From: an uncultured Actinomycetes bacterium
GTDB lineage: Bacteria > Actinomycetota > UBA4738 > HRBIN12
Direction: 5' to 3'
DNA length: 64,000 nucleotides
NCBI GenBank assembly: GCA_963704725.1
Contig: OY969934.1
Location: forward strand, 3,232,001 to 3,296,000
The notes beneath the pieces are model-generated. The model did no database searches and was not told the origin of the DNA. It worked only from the letters and a program-made list of their open reading frames with translations. Positions 1 through 8,459 of the stretch are shown one piece after another. Made by a program: the position numbers and the translations under genes. Numbering within the stretch: position 1 is the stretch's first letter; each line of letters begins with the position of its first letter.

Positions 1-1
1 G

Positions 2-595
2 GAGATCCTCGACGCGGCCGCCCGCGTCATCACAGACCGGGGGCTCGCGGAGACCCGCATCTCGGACATCGCCGAGCAGGCCGGGGTCTCGCCGGGGCTG
101 ATCCTGTACTACTTCGAGTCCAAGGACCGGCTACTCGCCGAGGCCCTCACGTTCGCCAACGACCAGTTCTACCTGCGGACGTCGCGGGAGATCCGCCGCA
201 TGCCGAGCGCGATCGACCAGCTCCGCCGCCTCGTCGACCTCTCGGTGCCGGGGTACCTGCCCGAGTTCGGCCGCCTCGACGAGTGGGCGCTGTGGATCGA
301 GGTGTGGGTCCGGGCTCTGCGCGACGCCGACATGGCCAAGGAGCGCGAGGTCCTCGACGAGCGCTGGCGCAGCCAGATCGCCGAGATCGTCCGCGCCGGC
401 AGAGAGTCCGGCGAGTTCACCGCGAAGGTCGACGTCGACGAGGTCTCGCTCCAGCTCGCTTGTCTGATCGACGGGCTCGCGATCCAGGTCGTCATGAACG
501 ACCCGAAGGTCACGCCGGAACGCATGCACCGCTCGTGCATGGAGGTCGCCGCCCACGAGCTCGGCTTCGCGCTCGAGCCGGCGGCCAAGGCGTGA
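2..595 (+). CDS. TetR-family transcriptional regulator, BetI-like C-terminal domain (5' truncated by window edge)
   Basis: Frame from base 2 reads EILDAAARVITDRGLAETRISDIAEQAGVSPGLILYYFESKDRLL (TetR HTH) and continues into the 200..595 ORF (LWIEVW...LIDGLAIQ, TetR_C_6-like). Confidence 0.9.
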   Translation, partial: EILDAAARVITDRGLAETRISDIAEQAGVSPGLILYYFESKDRLLAEALTFANDQFYLRTSREIRRMPSAIDQLRRLVDLSVPGYLPEFGRLDEWALWIEVWVRALRDADMAKEREVLDERWRSQIAEIVRAGRESGEFTAKVDVDEVSLQLACLIDGLAIQVVMNDPKVTPERMHRSCMEVAAHELGFALEPAAKA

Positions 596-648
596 CTCGC
601 TCGGCAATGCCAGCCATTCCGACGACCATGAGTCGCAAGCGCCTCGTG

Positions 649-1101
649 CTACTCGTCCTCCCTCTTCCTGAGTCGGGTCTTGATGTCCGACCAGGTTCGA
701 AAAGACGTGTGTGGAGACGCAATCCCCATGACCAGTAGGAACCCGCCGACGACACCAGACAGGGCTGGCAGTGCGCCAGGGGCGGACCTCGCAACTGCAG
801 CCCCTGCACCAACTGCGAGAAGTCCCCAACCCCACGCCGCTCTTGGCGGGGTTTCAGGACGACGCGGGCCGCGTCGTCACGACCGTCTGGCGGCCACAAC
901 GCCGCCGGACCCCCCCACCATGGCCGACACCAAGAGGGCGGGGCCCTTTGCGTCATACGACAGGAGTGCCGCTAGGAAGATCGCTGCAGCGACTAGCAAT
1001 AGAAATAGCCGCCCCGGGAATGTCTCCCTGATCCGAAGATCGCGGAGCATCATGCTCGGTCGCACCAGCGGAGCATAGAGGCCACGAAGCCGACCCCTCA
1101 T
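649..1101 (-). pseudogene. Small multi-pass membrane protein interrupted by one in-frame TGA (877-879)
   Basis: ORF 877..1101 is hydrophobic (LFLLLVAAAIFLAALL; ALLVSAMVGGSGGVV). The same frame continues past TGA as RRGPRRPETPPRAAWGWGLLAVGAGAAV...LSGVVGGFLLVMGIA...EDE to TAG at 649-651. Region is lower in GC than its flanks. Start uncertain. Confidence 0.4.
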
Positions 1102-1229
1102 GGCCTCCCTTCGCCGCCGGAGGCCCCGCGATTGATTCGGTTCGCAAGCGAGAGGCGGCCCGGAGTGAAGTCACTTGCCCATCGTCGGTCGGAACTTCAC
1201 CTCCGGGGAAAGACGTGCCGGTCGCTTTC

Positions 1230-1559
1230 TTAGGCAATCAAAGAACCCGGCTCGACGTCGCGGTCGGGACGGAGAAGCACCACACCGTGCTCGTCCGAGT
1301 AGGCGCCGAGCACAAGCACCTCGCTCTTGAAGCCCGCTACGCGCTTGGACTCGAAGCCGAGGACGCAGACCACCTGGCGCCCGACGAGATCGTCCTTCGC
1401 GTAGTGGGTCGCCTGCGCGCTCGAGCGTCGCGTGCCGCGGGGACCGAAGTCGAGCGTCAGCTTGTACGCGGGGTTCCGAGCCTCGGGGAAGTCCTCGACC
1501 TCGGTGATCATGCCCACCGCGAGCTCAAGCCGCTCGAACTCGTCCCAGGTCGCCGTCAT
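1230..1559 (-). CDS. csaA: tRNA-binding protein / export chaperone CsaA
   Basis: MTATWDEFERLELAVG...FPEARNPAYKLTLDFG...SSAQAT...GFKSEVLVLG, typical CsaA/Trbp111 OB fold; ATGA overlap with upstream gene. Confidence 0.9.
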   Translation of the reverse strand: MTATWDEFERLELAVGMITEVEDFPEARNPAYKLTLDFGPRGTRRSSAQATHYAKDDLVGRQVVCVLGFESKRVAGFKSEVLVLGAYSDEHGVVLLRPDRDVEPGSLIA

Positions 1560-1996
1560 CCGGCGAAGCGCTCGAGGTCGGCCATGTGCTCCTCGTAGTG
1601 CTCGAACGTCTCGCCGGCGAACCACTCGATGGCATCGGCATCCACCTCGGGAAGCTCGTCCCATCGTCGTCGGACGAGGTCGCGGGCGGCGGCGAGCCCC
1701 GACCAGATCGCGTCGCCGTCCATCGTCCGGGCCGCCGCCGCGAACGCCTCGTTCATCGCCTCCACCTCGTCGGTGGTCTCTTCGAGCCCCTCGTGGACTC
1801 CGTCCCGAAGCCGCTCGAGGATCTCCGCGCACCGGTCGACCCATCCGGCCACGTGCCACAGCAGGTCGTTCACCGACCAGCCCGGCAACACGCCCTCGGT
1901 CGCCCACCGGTCGCGCGGGATCCGCTGCACGGCGGCCTCGAACGCCGACCAGGCGTCGGCCTCGCGGGACGCGAGCTCGGATCGCGGGTCGCTCAT
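1556..1996 (-). CDS. DinB/YfiT-like (maleylpyruvate isomerase N-terminal type) protein
   Basis: MSDPRSEL...GWSVNDLLWHVAGW...ETFEHYEEH: DinB superfamily W-S/T-V..H and C-terminal HxxxH motifs; translationally coupled on both sides. Confidence 0.75.
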   Translation of the reverse strand: MSDPRSELASREADAWSAFEAAVQRIPRDRWATEGVLPGWSVNDLLWHVAGWVDRCAEILERLRDGVHEGLEETTDEVEAMNEAFAAAARTMDGDAIWSGLAAARDLVRRRWDELPEVDADAIEWFAGETFEHYEEHMADLERFAG

Positions 1997-3168
1997 CCGG
2001 TCAGCATACGGACGCCGCGCTTGGCGAGCTGGTCGGCCACGATGTTGCGCTGGATCTCCGAGGTTCCCTCCCAGATGCGGTCGACGCGCAGCTCGCGGTA
2101 GAAGCGCTCGGCGACGTTCTCGCGCATGTATCCGCGGCCGCCGAAGATCTGCAGGGCGCGATCGGCCACGCGGTTGGCCATCTCGCTCGCGTAGAGCTTG
2201 GCCATCGAGCACTGGGCGTGCTGCACCTTGAGGTCGACGCCGCGGTCGATGTTCTTGGCCAGCTCGTACGTCATGAGCCGGGCCGCCCACAGCTCGGTCA
2301 GCGAGTCCGCCAGCATGTGCTGGATCGCCTGGAACGAGATGATCGGGGCGCCGAACTGCACGCGCCCCTTGGCGAACGCCGTGGCCTCCTCGATGAGCCG
2401 CTCGGCGGCCCCGCAGCACCGGGCGGCGATCATGAGGCGCTCGTACCGGAACCACTCGTACGTGAAGTCGAGGCCGTCGCCCTCGGCGCCGACCCGATAG
2501 GCCTCGGGAACACGGACGCCCTCGAACGCCACGATGGCGTGGGTATCGGCGTACGTGTGCGAGTACGCGGGCTCGCGCACCAGACGCACGCCGGGCGTGT
2601 CCTTGTCGACGAAGAACATGGCGTGGGCGCCGGCGTTCGGTCCGTCGGCGACCTTGGCCTGGAAGAACAGGTAGTCGGACGTGTTGAACGACGTGACGTG
2701 CCACTTGAGGCCGTCGAGCACGTACCCGTCGCCGTCGCGGCGCGCGGTGGCCGCGATCGCGTCGACGTCGGAGCCGGCGCCCTCCTCCGTGATCGCGTAG
2801 CACTCCCGCCGCTCGCCGCGGATCGAGGGGACGATCCAGCGCTCGAGCTGCTCGGGGCTGACGACCTTCGGCGCCCACGCCGGCGGCGTGTGCACGCACC
2901 AGCCGAGGGCGTTCGTCACCCGGCCGAGCTGCTCGGAGACCAGGACCTGCTGGAGCATGGTCATGCCGCCGCCGCCGAGCTCGCGCGGCATGTTCATCGA
3001 GTACAGGCCGAGCTCGACCGCCAGTCGGTGATGGCGCTCACGCAGCTCGTCGGGGAGCCGCCCGCCGTGCATCTCCGCCTCGACCTCGTGCGGGATGAGC
3101 TCCTCGTCGACGAAGCGCCGGGCGCGCTCCTGGATCTCGCGGTCCTCGTCGGACATCGGATACGTCAT
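1993..3168 (-). CDS. Acyl-CoA dehydrogenase
   Basis: YAITEEGAGSD, GxKWHVT, RVQFGAPI..FQAIQ, QIFGGRGY, RIWEGTSEIQR motifs; RBS-like GGTGGGG upstream of ATG 3168. Confidence 0.95.
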   Translation of the reverse strand: MTYPMSDEDREIQERARRFVDEELIPHEVEAEMHGGRLPDELRERHHRLAVELGLYSMNMPRELGGGGMTMLQQVLVSEQLGRVTNALGWCVHTPPAWAPKVVSPEQLERWIVPSIRGERRECYAITEEGAGSDVDAIAATARRDGDGYVLDGLKWHVTSFNTSDYLFFQAKVADGPNAGAHAMFFVDKDTPGVRLVREPAYSHTYADTHAIVAFEGVRVPEAYRVGAEGDGLDFTYEWFRYERLMIAARCCGAAERLIEEATAFAKGRVQFGAPIISFQAIQHMLADSLTELWAARLMTYELAKNIDRGVDLKVQHAQCSMAKLYASEMANRVADRALQIFGGRGYMRENVAERFYRELRVDRIWEGTSEIQRNIVADQLAKRGVRMLTG

Positions 3169-3203
3169 CCCGCCCCACCTCCGGCGCGAAGCATAGGGCC
3201 GCC

Positions 3204-3219
3204 TTGAACGATCGTTCAA
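3204..3219. promoter_or_regulatory. Palindromic operator TTGAACGATCGTTCAA
   Basis: Perfect 16-bp palindrome just upstream of a minus-strand -10 (TATGCT, 3190-3195) of the acyl-CoA dehydrogenase operon; the motif recurs at 20000, 21317 and 27184. Confidence 0.75.
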
Positions 3220-3626
3220 TCCCGCCGGGGGGACCCCTCCTCCCCCTCGCCCGATCGGGCGGACTCCTCCTCTCGGTCTCGCAGCCGCTCGAGCTCCTCC
3301 CCGCTCAACCGCTCGGCACCCACGATCGCGTTGTGCGCCTCCGTCGTGACCCGGATGAGCTCGTCGAGCTTGACGTGCAGCGCCGTGGAGTCGCGGTTGA
3401 GCGAGTTCTGGATCACGAACACCATGAGGAACGTCAGCACGGTCGTGCCCGTGTTGATCACGAGCTGCCACGTGTCGGAGAAGCCGAACAGTGGCCCCGA
3501 CACCGCCCATGCCACGACGACCACCGCGGCCAGCGCGAAGGCCCCCGCGTGTCCCGTCAGTCGCGCCCCGCCGCTCGCGAAGCGGTCGAACCGTTCCTGC
3601 CAAGTCGAAGCATCCTCGTCGGGCAT
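3216..3626 (-). CDS. Low-affinity iron permease (Fet4-like) family protein
   Basis: WAVSGPLFGFSDTWQLVINTGTTVLTFLMVFVIQNSLNRD..ALHVKLDELI family signature. Confidence 0.9.
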   Translation of the reverse strand: MPDEDASTWQERFDRFASGGARLTGHAGAFALAAVVVVAWAVSGPLFGFSDTWQLVINTGTTVLTFLMVFVIQNSLNRDSTALHVKLDELIRVTTEAHNAIVGAERLSGEELERLRDREEESARSGEGEEGSPRRD

Positions 3627-3749
3627 CCCGCCTCCTTGCGTTCGTGGCGAGGATTCCCGTGAGGTGGCCCCGGCAATCCCTGGGACCGGCCCGGCGCTCA
3701 GCGCGCAGGGCGGCGGAGCGAGAGGTGCCCGAGGCGGGCGGGTAGCGGA

Positions 3750-5054
3750 TCAGCCCTGGGAGCCGTCGCCGACGAAGAGCGCGACGGCGCGACCGGCCAC
3801 GACCGCCTCTCCCGGCGTCGGGTCCGTCCGGACGACCTCGCCGTCGGGTCCGGGTACCGAGGCGACCAGGCCCACCGTCAGCCCCGCCTGCTCCAGGAGC
3901 TGCGTCGCCTCGTCGACCCGGTGCCCGAGGACGTCGGGAACGGTGGCGCGCTCCACGGGCGCGACGACGGACGCCGAGACCGAGGCGGACGGGGCCTCGG
4001 GCGGGGCGTCGCCGCCGCCCAGGAGAACGAGCGCACCCCCGACGACCGCCGCGAGGGCGACGAGCGCCGCCAGCGCGGCGACGAGTCGCCTGGAGCGTCG
4101 AGGCGCCCTCGGGGAGGGCGGCAGCTCGACGAACCGATCCTCGCGGACCGGAGGCACCCGCGGTGCCGGTGCCTCGGGCTCCACCGACGGGGCGACGATC
4201 GGTGCCGGTGCCTCGGGTTCCACCGACGGGGCGACGATCGGTGCCGCCGGCCAGTCGGCGGGCGTGAGCTCGAGCTCCACGGCGGGGGCCCGGGACCCGG
4301 GAGTCTCGGCGCTCGGAGCGTTCCGGCCGAGCTCCCGGGCGAGCTGGGCCATCTCGGGCCGCAGGCGCGGGTGGGGGGACCGCGATCGCTCGAGCAGCGT
4401 CGCTGCCTCCGCAGGCAGATCCGCCTCCCACGGCCGTTCGGCCTCGCCCTCGCCCGGCCGGGCGGCCGTCCCCGAGACGAGCCGATCGAACAGCTCGGCG
4501 AGCGCGAGCACGTCGGCCGGCCCCCGGTCGGTCAGCGTCGGGCCCCGCCGCGCCTCCCCCTCCTCGAGCAGCTCGCCGAGTCCGACGTCGATCACCTTGA
4601 CGCCGCCGTCCTGGTCGACCACCACGCTCGAGGCCGTGAGCGCCCCGTGGTAGATCCACGCGACGTGCGCGGAGGCGAGCCCGTCCGCCACGGCCGCGAT
4701 CAGGCGGAGCGATCCCGGGACGTCGAGCGCCTCGCCGCGCGCCAGACGCCGAGCCACCGGCTCGCCCGACGCCCCGTACACGACCACCGCCTGCCGCCCC
4801 GCCACCCATCGGAGATCGTGATGGAGCAGCGGGGCGAGATGGGGACTCGCGGCCCGCCACTGGAGCCGGCGGAGCTGCGACGTCACCCGGTGCAGGGCGG
4901 CCGGATCCGACGTCAACCGCTCGTCGAGAAGCCGGACGCAGACGGCCGCTCCCGAACGGTCGTCCACCCCCCGCCAGAGGGTGCCGAGCGCGTCCTCGCT
5001 CAGGATCTCGGAGACGGGGTATCGCCGGCCGGACCCGACGACCGTCGGCTGCAT
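3750..5054 (-). CDS. Ser/Thr kinase-like (probable pseudokinase) membrane protein with C-terminal PASTA domain
   Basis: Kinase-fold remnants (RY..., IYHGALTASSVVV, GVKVIDVG, ADVLALA), Pro-rich linker, one TM helix, PASTA (VPDVLG...ATQLLEQAGL...GEVVRTDP). Confidence 0.75.
   Translation of the reverse strand: MQPTVVGSGRRYPVSEILSEDALGTLWRGVDDRSGAAVCVRLLDERLTSDPAALHRVTSQLRRLQWRAASPHLAPLLHHDLRWVAGRQAVVVYGASGEPVARRLARGEALDVPGSLRLIAAVADGLASAHVAWIYHGALTASSVVVDQDGGVKVIDVGLGELLEEGEARRGPTLTDRGPADVLALAELFDRLVSGTAARPGEGEAERPWEADLPAEAATLLERSRSPHPRLRPEMAQLARELGRNAPSAETPGSRAPAVELELTPADWPAAPIVAPSVEPEAPAPIVAPSVEPEAPAPRVPPVREDRFVELPPSPRAPRRSRRLVAALAALVALAAVVGGALVLLGGGDAPPEAPSASVSASVVAPVERATVPDVLGHRVDEATQLLEQAGLTVGLVASVPGPDGEVVRTDPTPGEAVVAGRAVALFVGDGSQG
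4162..4246. repeat. 39-bp intragenic tandem repeat (about 2.2 copies) encoding APIVAPSVEPEAP
   Basis: ggtgccggtgcctcggg(c/t)tccaccgacggggcgacgatc at 4162 and 4201, partial third copy at 4240. Confidence 0.9.
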
Positions 5055-5163
5055 GCACCGAATGTAGCCCCCCGCCGTTCGAACACGCCACCGGGGATGC
5101 CGGTAGGTTGCGGGGCTCCGGCGCGAGGCCCCACACTACGCGTCGATCGTCTGGGGGGCGACG

Positions 5164-6474
5164 ATGGAACGTCCAACCGACCGACATCAGAGCGGCGAGG
5201 CGAGCCGCGGCCGGACGCTCTCGCGACGCGAGGTCCTGCGCTCGCTCGGGATGGGGACCGGGGCGCTCCTGCTGGCCTCCCTGGCGGCGTGCGAGCCCGG
5301 CGCACACGACTCGGCGTCCCCCGCCGCCACCGCCTCCGGCTCGGGCGAGCCGGCGGTCGACTGGGACGCGTGGTGGGCGGACCAGCAGCTCACCGGCGAG
5401 GTCGACTTCGCGAACTGGCCGTACTACATCGACCGGACGAAGGGGGATCGCCACCCCTCGCTCGAACGGTTCACGGCCGAGACCGGGATCGACGTGGCCT
5501 ACACGCCGGCGATCCAGGACAACGCCACCTTCCTCGAGCAGATCCGGCCGGCGCTGGAGGCCGGCGAACCGATCGGCTACGACCTCGTGGTGATCTCCAA
5601 CGGCCCCGAGCTCTCGGAGATGATCCGCTCCGGCTGGCTGACGCCGCTCGACCGCTCCCGGCTCCCCACCTTCGACCGGTACGCAGGGCCCCTCGTCCGC
5701 GATCCGATCTGGGATCCGGGCAACCGGCACTCGATCGCCTGGCAGTCGGGGCTGACCGGCATCGCCTACGCGCCGGAGGCGGTCGAGGCGCTCGGCCACG
5801 AGCCGACCAGCATCCAGGACCTGTGGGACCCGGCTCTACGCGGCAAGGTCGGCATGATGAGCGACGTGGTCGAGCTGGGGAGCGCCGGGCTGCTCGCGAT
5901 CGGCGTCGACCCTTCGGTCTCGACCCCCGACAACTGGCGCACCGCCGCCGGGATGCTCCGCCGGCAGCAGGACGCCGTCGAGCCCCGCTACTACGACCAG
6001 GGCTACATCGACGCGCTGACGCGGCGGGACACTTGGATCACGCTCGCGTGGTCCGGGGACATCGTCCAACTCAACAACCTCGGCCACCCGAACGTCCGGT
6101 TCGTGGTCCCGGACGAGGGCGCGATGCTGTGGACCGACAGCATGCTGATCCCCCGCAACGCCGCCCACCCGCTCGACGCCCTCACGCTCATGGACTTCGT
6201 CTACCGGCCGAGGGTCGCGGCGCTGATCGCGGATTGGGTCTGGTACCTCTGCCCCGTTCCGGCCGCGAAGCCGATCGTGGCGCAGCGCCTGCACGACCCC
6301 GAGGTGGCGGGGAGCCCGCTGGTCTTCCCCGGCCCCGACCTCGTCGGCCACGCCGTGGAGGGCGGCGACCAGCAGGAGCTGCTCGGCTCGCGCGTGCGGA
6401 ACTACTACGTCTACACCGATGCCGGCGCGTACCGCGAGTGGGCGGAGACGTTCGAGCCGATCGTGTTCTCCTGA
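5164..6474 (+). CDS. Polyamine ABC transporter substrate-binding lipoprotein (PotD/PotF-like), Tat signal
   Basis: SRREVLR twin-Arg, LAAC lipobox, FANWPYYID, WQSGLTGIAY, AWSGD, VPDEGAMLWTDSMLIP. Confidence 0.9.
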   Translation: MERPTDRHQSGEASRGRTLSRREVLRSLGMGTGALLLASLAACEPGAHDSASPAATASGSGEPAVDWDAWWADQQLTGEVDFANWPYYIDRTKGDRHPSLERFTAETGIDVAYTPAIQDNATFLEQIRPALEAGEPIGYDLVVISNGPELSEMIRSGWLTPLDRSRLPTFDRYAGPLVRDPIWDPGNRHSIAWQSGLTGIAYAPEAVEALGHEPTSIQDLWDPALRGKVGMMSDVVELGSAGLLAIGVDPSVSTPDNWRTAAGMLRRQQDAVEPRYYDQGYIDALTRRDTWITLAWSGDIVQLNNLGHPNVRFVVPDEGAMLWTDSMLIPRNAAHPLDALTLMDFVYRPRVAALIADWVWYLCPVPAAKPIVAQRLHDPEVAGSPLVFPGPDLVGHAVEGGDQQELLGSRVRNYYVYTDAGAYREWAETFEPIVFS

Positions 6475-6478
6475 TCCC

Positions 6479-6952
6479 ATGCCCGACACCCCCGCGCTCC
6501 GGGCGCTCGAGGGGACGAGCCTCGCGTTCGAGGTGGTCCGCACCGAGCGCGCCCGCAGCGCCGAGGAGAGCGCCGAGCGCCAGGGCATCGAGCTCGGCAG
6601 CCTCCTGCGCACGATCGTCGTCCGCCGCGGCGCGGGCGACTACGTCTTCGTGCTCGTGCCCGGGGGACGCGAGATCGATTGGAAGAAGCTGCGCGCCCAC
6701 CTCGGCGTCTCACGGCTCTCGCTGCCCGACGCCGAGGAGGCCAGGTCGGCCACCGGCTACGAGCGTGGGACCATCACGCCGTTCGGCTCCGCGACCGCGT
6801 GGCCGGTCGTCGCGGACGCGACCGTCCCGGCGCTCGCACGCGTCGCCATCGGCGGCGGCGCGCACGGCGTGAACCTCCACCTCGCCGGGCCCGACCTTGT
6901 GGCCACCCTCGGCGCGGCGGTCGCGGACGTCACGAAGCCCGGGGAGCGCTGA
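6479..6952 (+). CDS. YbaK/EbsC aminoacyl-tRNA deacylase family protein
   Basis: LLRTIVVR, FVLVPG.R, ATGYERGTITPFG, IGGGAHG motifs. Confidence 0.9.
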   Translation: MPDTPALRALEGTSLAFEVVRTERARSAEESAERQGIELGSLLRTIVVRRGAGDYVFVLVPGGREIDWKKLRAHLGVSRLSLPDAEEARSATGYERGTITPFGSATAWPVVADATVPALARVAIGGGAHGVNLHLAGPDLVATLGAAVADVTKPGER

Positions 6953-7008
6953 AGGTCTCCTCGGTCGCGGCGGTCGCGGAGCCCGCCTGCCGGTACCCTT
7001 CCGGGACC

Positions 7009-7995
7009 GTGCGCGTCTTCTCGGGCATCCAGCCGACCGGGCGGAAGCACCTCGGGAACTTCCTGGGGGCGATCCGCAACTACGTGGCCCTGCAGGCAGA
7101 CGGCGACGCCATCTACTGCGTCGTCGACCTGCACGCCATCACCGTCGAGGTCGACCCCGCCGAACTGCGCGAACGCCTCTACGACACCGCGGCGATCCTG
7201 CTCGCCGCCGGGCTCGACCCGGCGCGCTGCATCCTGTTCCGCCAGTCGGACGTCCGCGAGCACTCCGAGCTCTGCTGGATGCTCACGTCGGTCGCGTCCT
7301 ACGGCGAGGTCTCCCGGATGACGCAGTTCAAGGAGAAGTCCGAGCAGCAGCGCTCGTTCGTCTCGTCCGGGCTGTTCCTGTACCCGGTGCTCCAGGCCGC
7401 CGACATCCTCGCCTACCAGACGAACGAGGTGCCGGTCGGCGAGGACCAGAAACAGCACCTCGAGCTGGCGCGGAACATCGCCGAGCGGTTCAACACGCGG
7501 TTCGGGGACACGTTCACGGTCCCGGCGCACCGCATCCCCCCGGTGGCGGCGCGGGTCAAGGACCTCCAGGTGCCCGAGAGCCGGATGTCCACGACGGCGG
7601 GCACGGAGCAGGGGACCGTCTACATCCTCGACGAGGACGACGTGATCCGGAAGAAGTTCCGCTCGGCCGTCACCGACACCGGTCGGGAGATCGTCCGCGG
7701 GCCGGACAAGCCAGGCATCTCGAACCTCATCGAGCTCCTCGCCGCGGCCCGGGGCACGACCCCCGAGGAGGTGGAGAAGACGTACGCGGACGCGCCCGGA
7801 TACGCGGACTTCAAGCGCGACGTCGGCGAGGCGGTCGTCGAGCTCCTCGCGCCGGTGCGCGAGCGCTTCGGTCCGATCCGCGCCGACGTCACCGCCCTCG
7901 AGGAGACCCTGCGGGACGGAGCCGAGCGCGCACGGGCGATCGCGTCCGAGACCGTGGCCCTGGCGCGCTCGCGGATGGGGCTGGGGCCGGCGTAG
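7009..7995 (+). CDS. trpS: Tryptophan--tRNA ligase
   Basis: VFSGIQPTG, HLGN (HIGH), YPVLQAADIL, VPVGEDQKQHLEL, KMSKS-equivalent RMSTT. Confidence 0.95.
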   Translation: MRVFSGIQPTGRKHLGNFLGAIRNYVALQADGDAIYCVVDLHAITVEVDPAELRERLYDTAAILLAAGLDPARCILFRQSDVREHSELCWMLTSVASYGEVSRMTQFKEKSEQQRSFVSSGLFLYPVLQAADILAYQTNEVPVGEDQKQHLELARNIAERFNTRFGDTFTVPAHRIPPVAARVKDLQVPESRMSTTAGTEQGTVYILDEDDVIRKKFRSAVTDTGREIVRGPDKPGISNLIELLAAARGTTPEEVEKTYADAPGYADFKRDVGEAVVELLAPVRERFGPIRADVTALEETLRDGAERARAIASETVALARSRMGLGPA

Positions 7996-8005
7996 GGATC
8001 GCATC

Positions 8006-8428
8006 GTGTCGAGCGCTTATCGCGTCGAGCTTCGGACCGTCGCCGGAGGGCCGACGGCGCTCGGATCCGCCGGCGGCCACACGCTCGTGGTCGATCGACC
8101 GACTTCGGCCGGCGGCGCCGGGCTCGGATTCAACGGCGGGCAGCTCCTGTATCTCGCGATCGCCGCCTGCATCTCGAACGACCTGTACCGCGAGGCGGCG
8201 GCCATGGGGGTCGTCGTGGCCGACGTCGTCGTGGAGGTCGACGGCGACTTCCCAGCGCCGGGGTCGGCGTCGACCCCGATCGAGGTCGCGGTGGACCTCG
8301 CCGGAGACGGGCCCGAGGAGGTCTTGCGCGCCCTGCTGGACCGGGTCGTCGACATGGCGGAGATCCCGAAGTCGCTGATCGGCACCACGCCGATCACGGT
8401 CTCCGCCCGCCGCATCGTCCGGCGTTAG
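8006..8428 (+). CDS. OsmC family protein
   Basis: LVVDRP..AGG.GLGFNGGQLLYLAIAAC OsmC-like motif. Confidence 0.85.
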   Translation: MSSAYRVELRTVAGGPTALGSAGGHTLVVDRPTSAGGAGLGFNGGQLLYLAIAACISNDLYREAAAMGVVVADVVVEVDGDFPAPGSASTPIEVAVDLAGDGPEEVLRALLDRVVDMAEIPKSLIGTTPITVSARRIVRR

Positions 8429-8459
8429 CTCCGCGACCGTCTCCGTTCTGCGGACGGCG

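Noticed and set aside
858-879. Canonical SECIS / selenoprotein call
   Set aside because: Stem geometry does not match the usual bacterial SECIS spacing and there is no redox motif; kept only as a low-probability alternative.
4162-4246. 39-bp tandem repeat as a CRISPR or mobile element
   Set aside because: No spacers, in-frame inside a Pro-rich linker, no cas genes.
1993-5799. Apparent 1268-aa protein ending in an acyl-CoA dehydrogenase; likewise the 996-aa (17003..19993), 942-aa (19820..22648) and 969-aa (60258..63167) ORFs
   Set aside because: The N-terminal extensions overlap other genes; real starts are marked by RBS or stop/start overlaps at 3168, 19102, 21356 and 62213.
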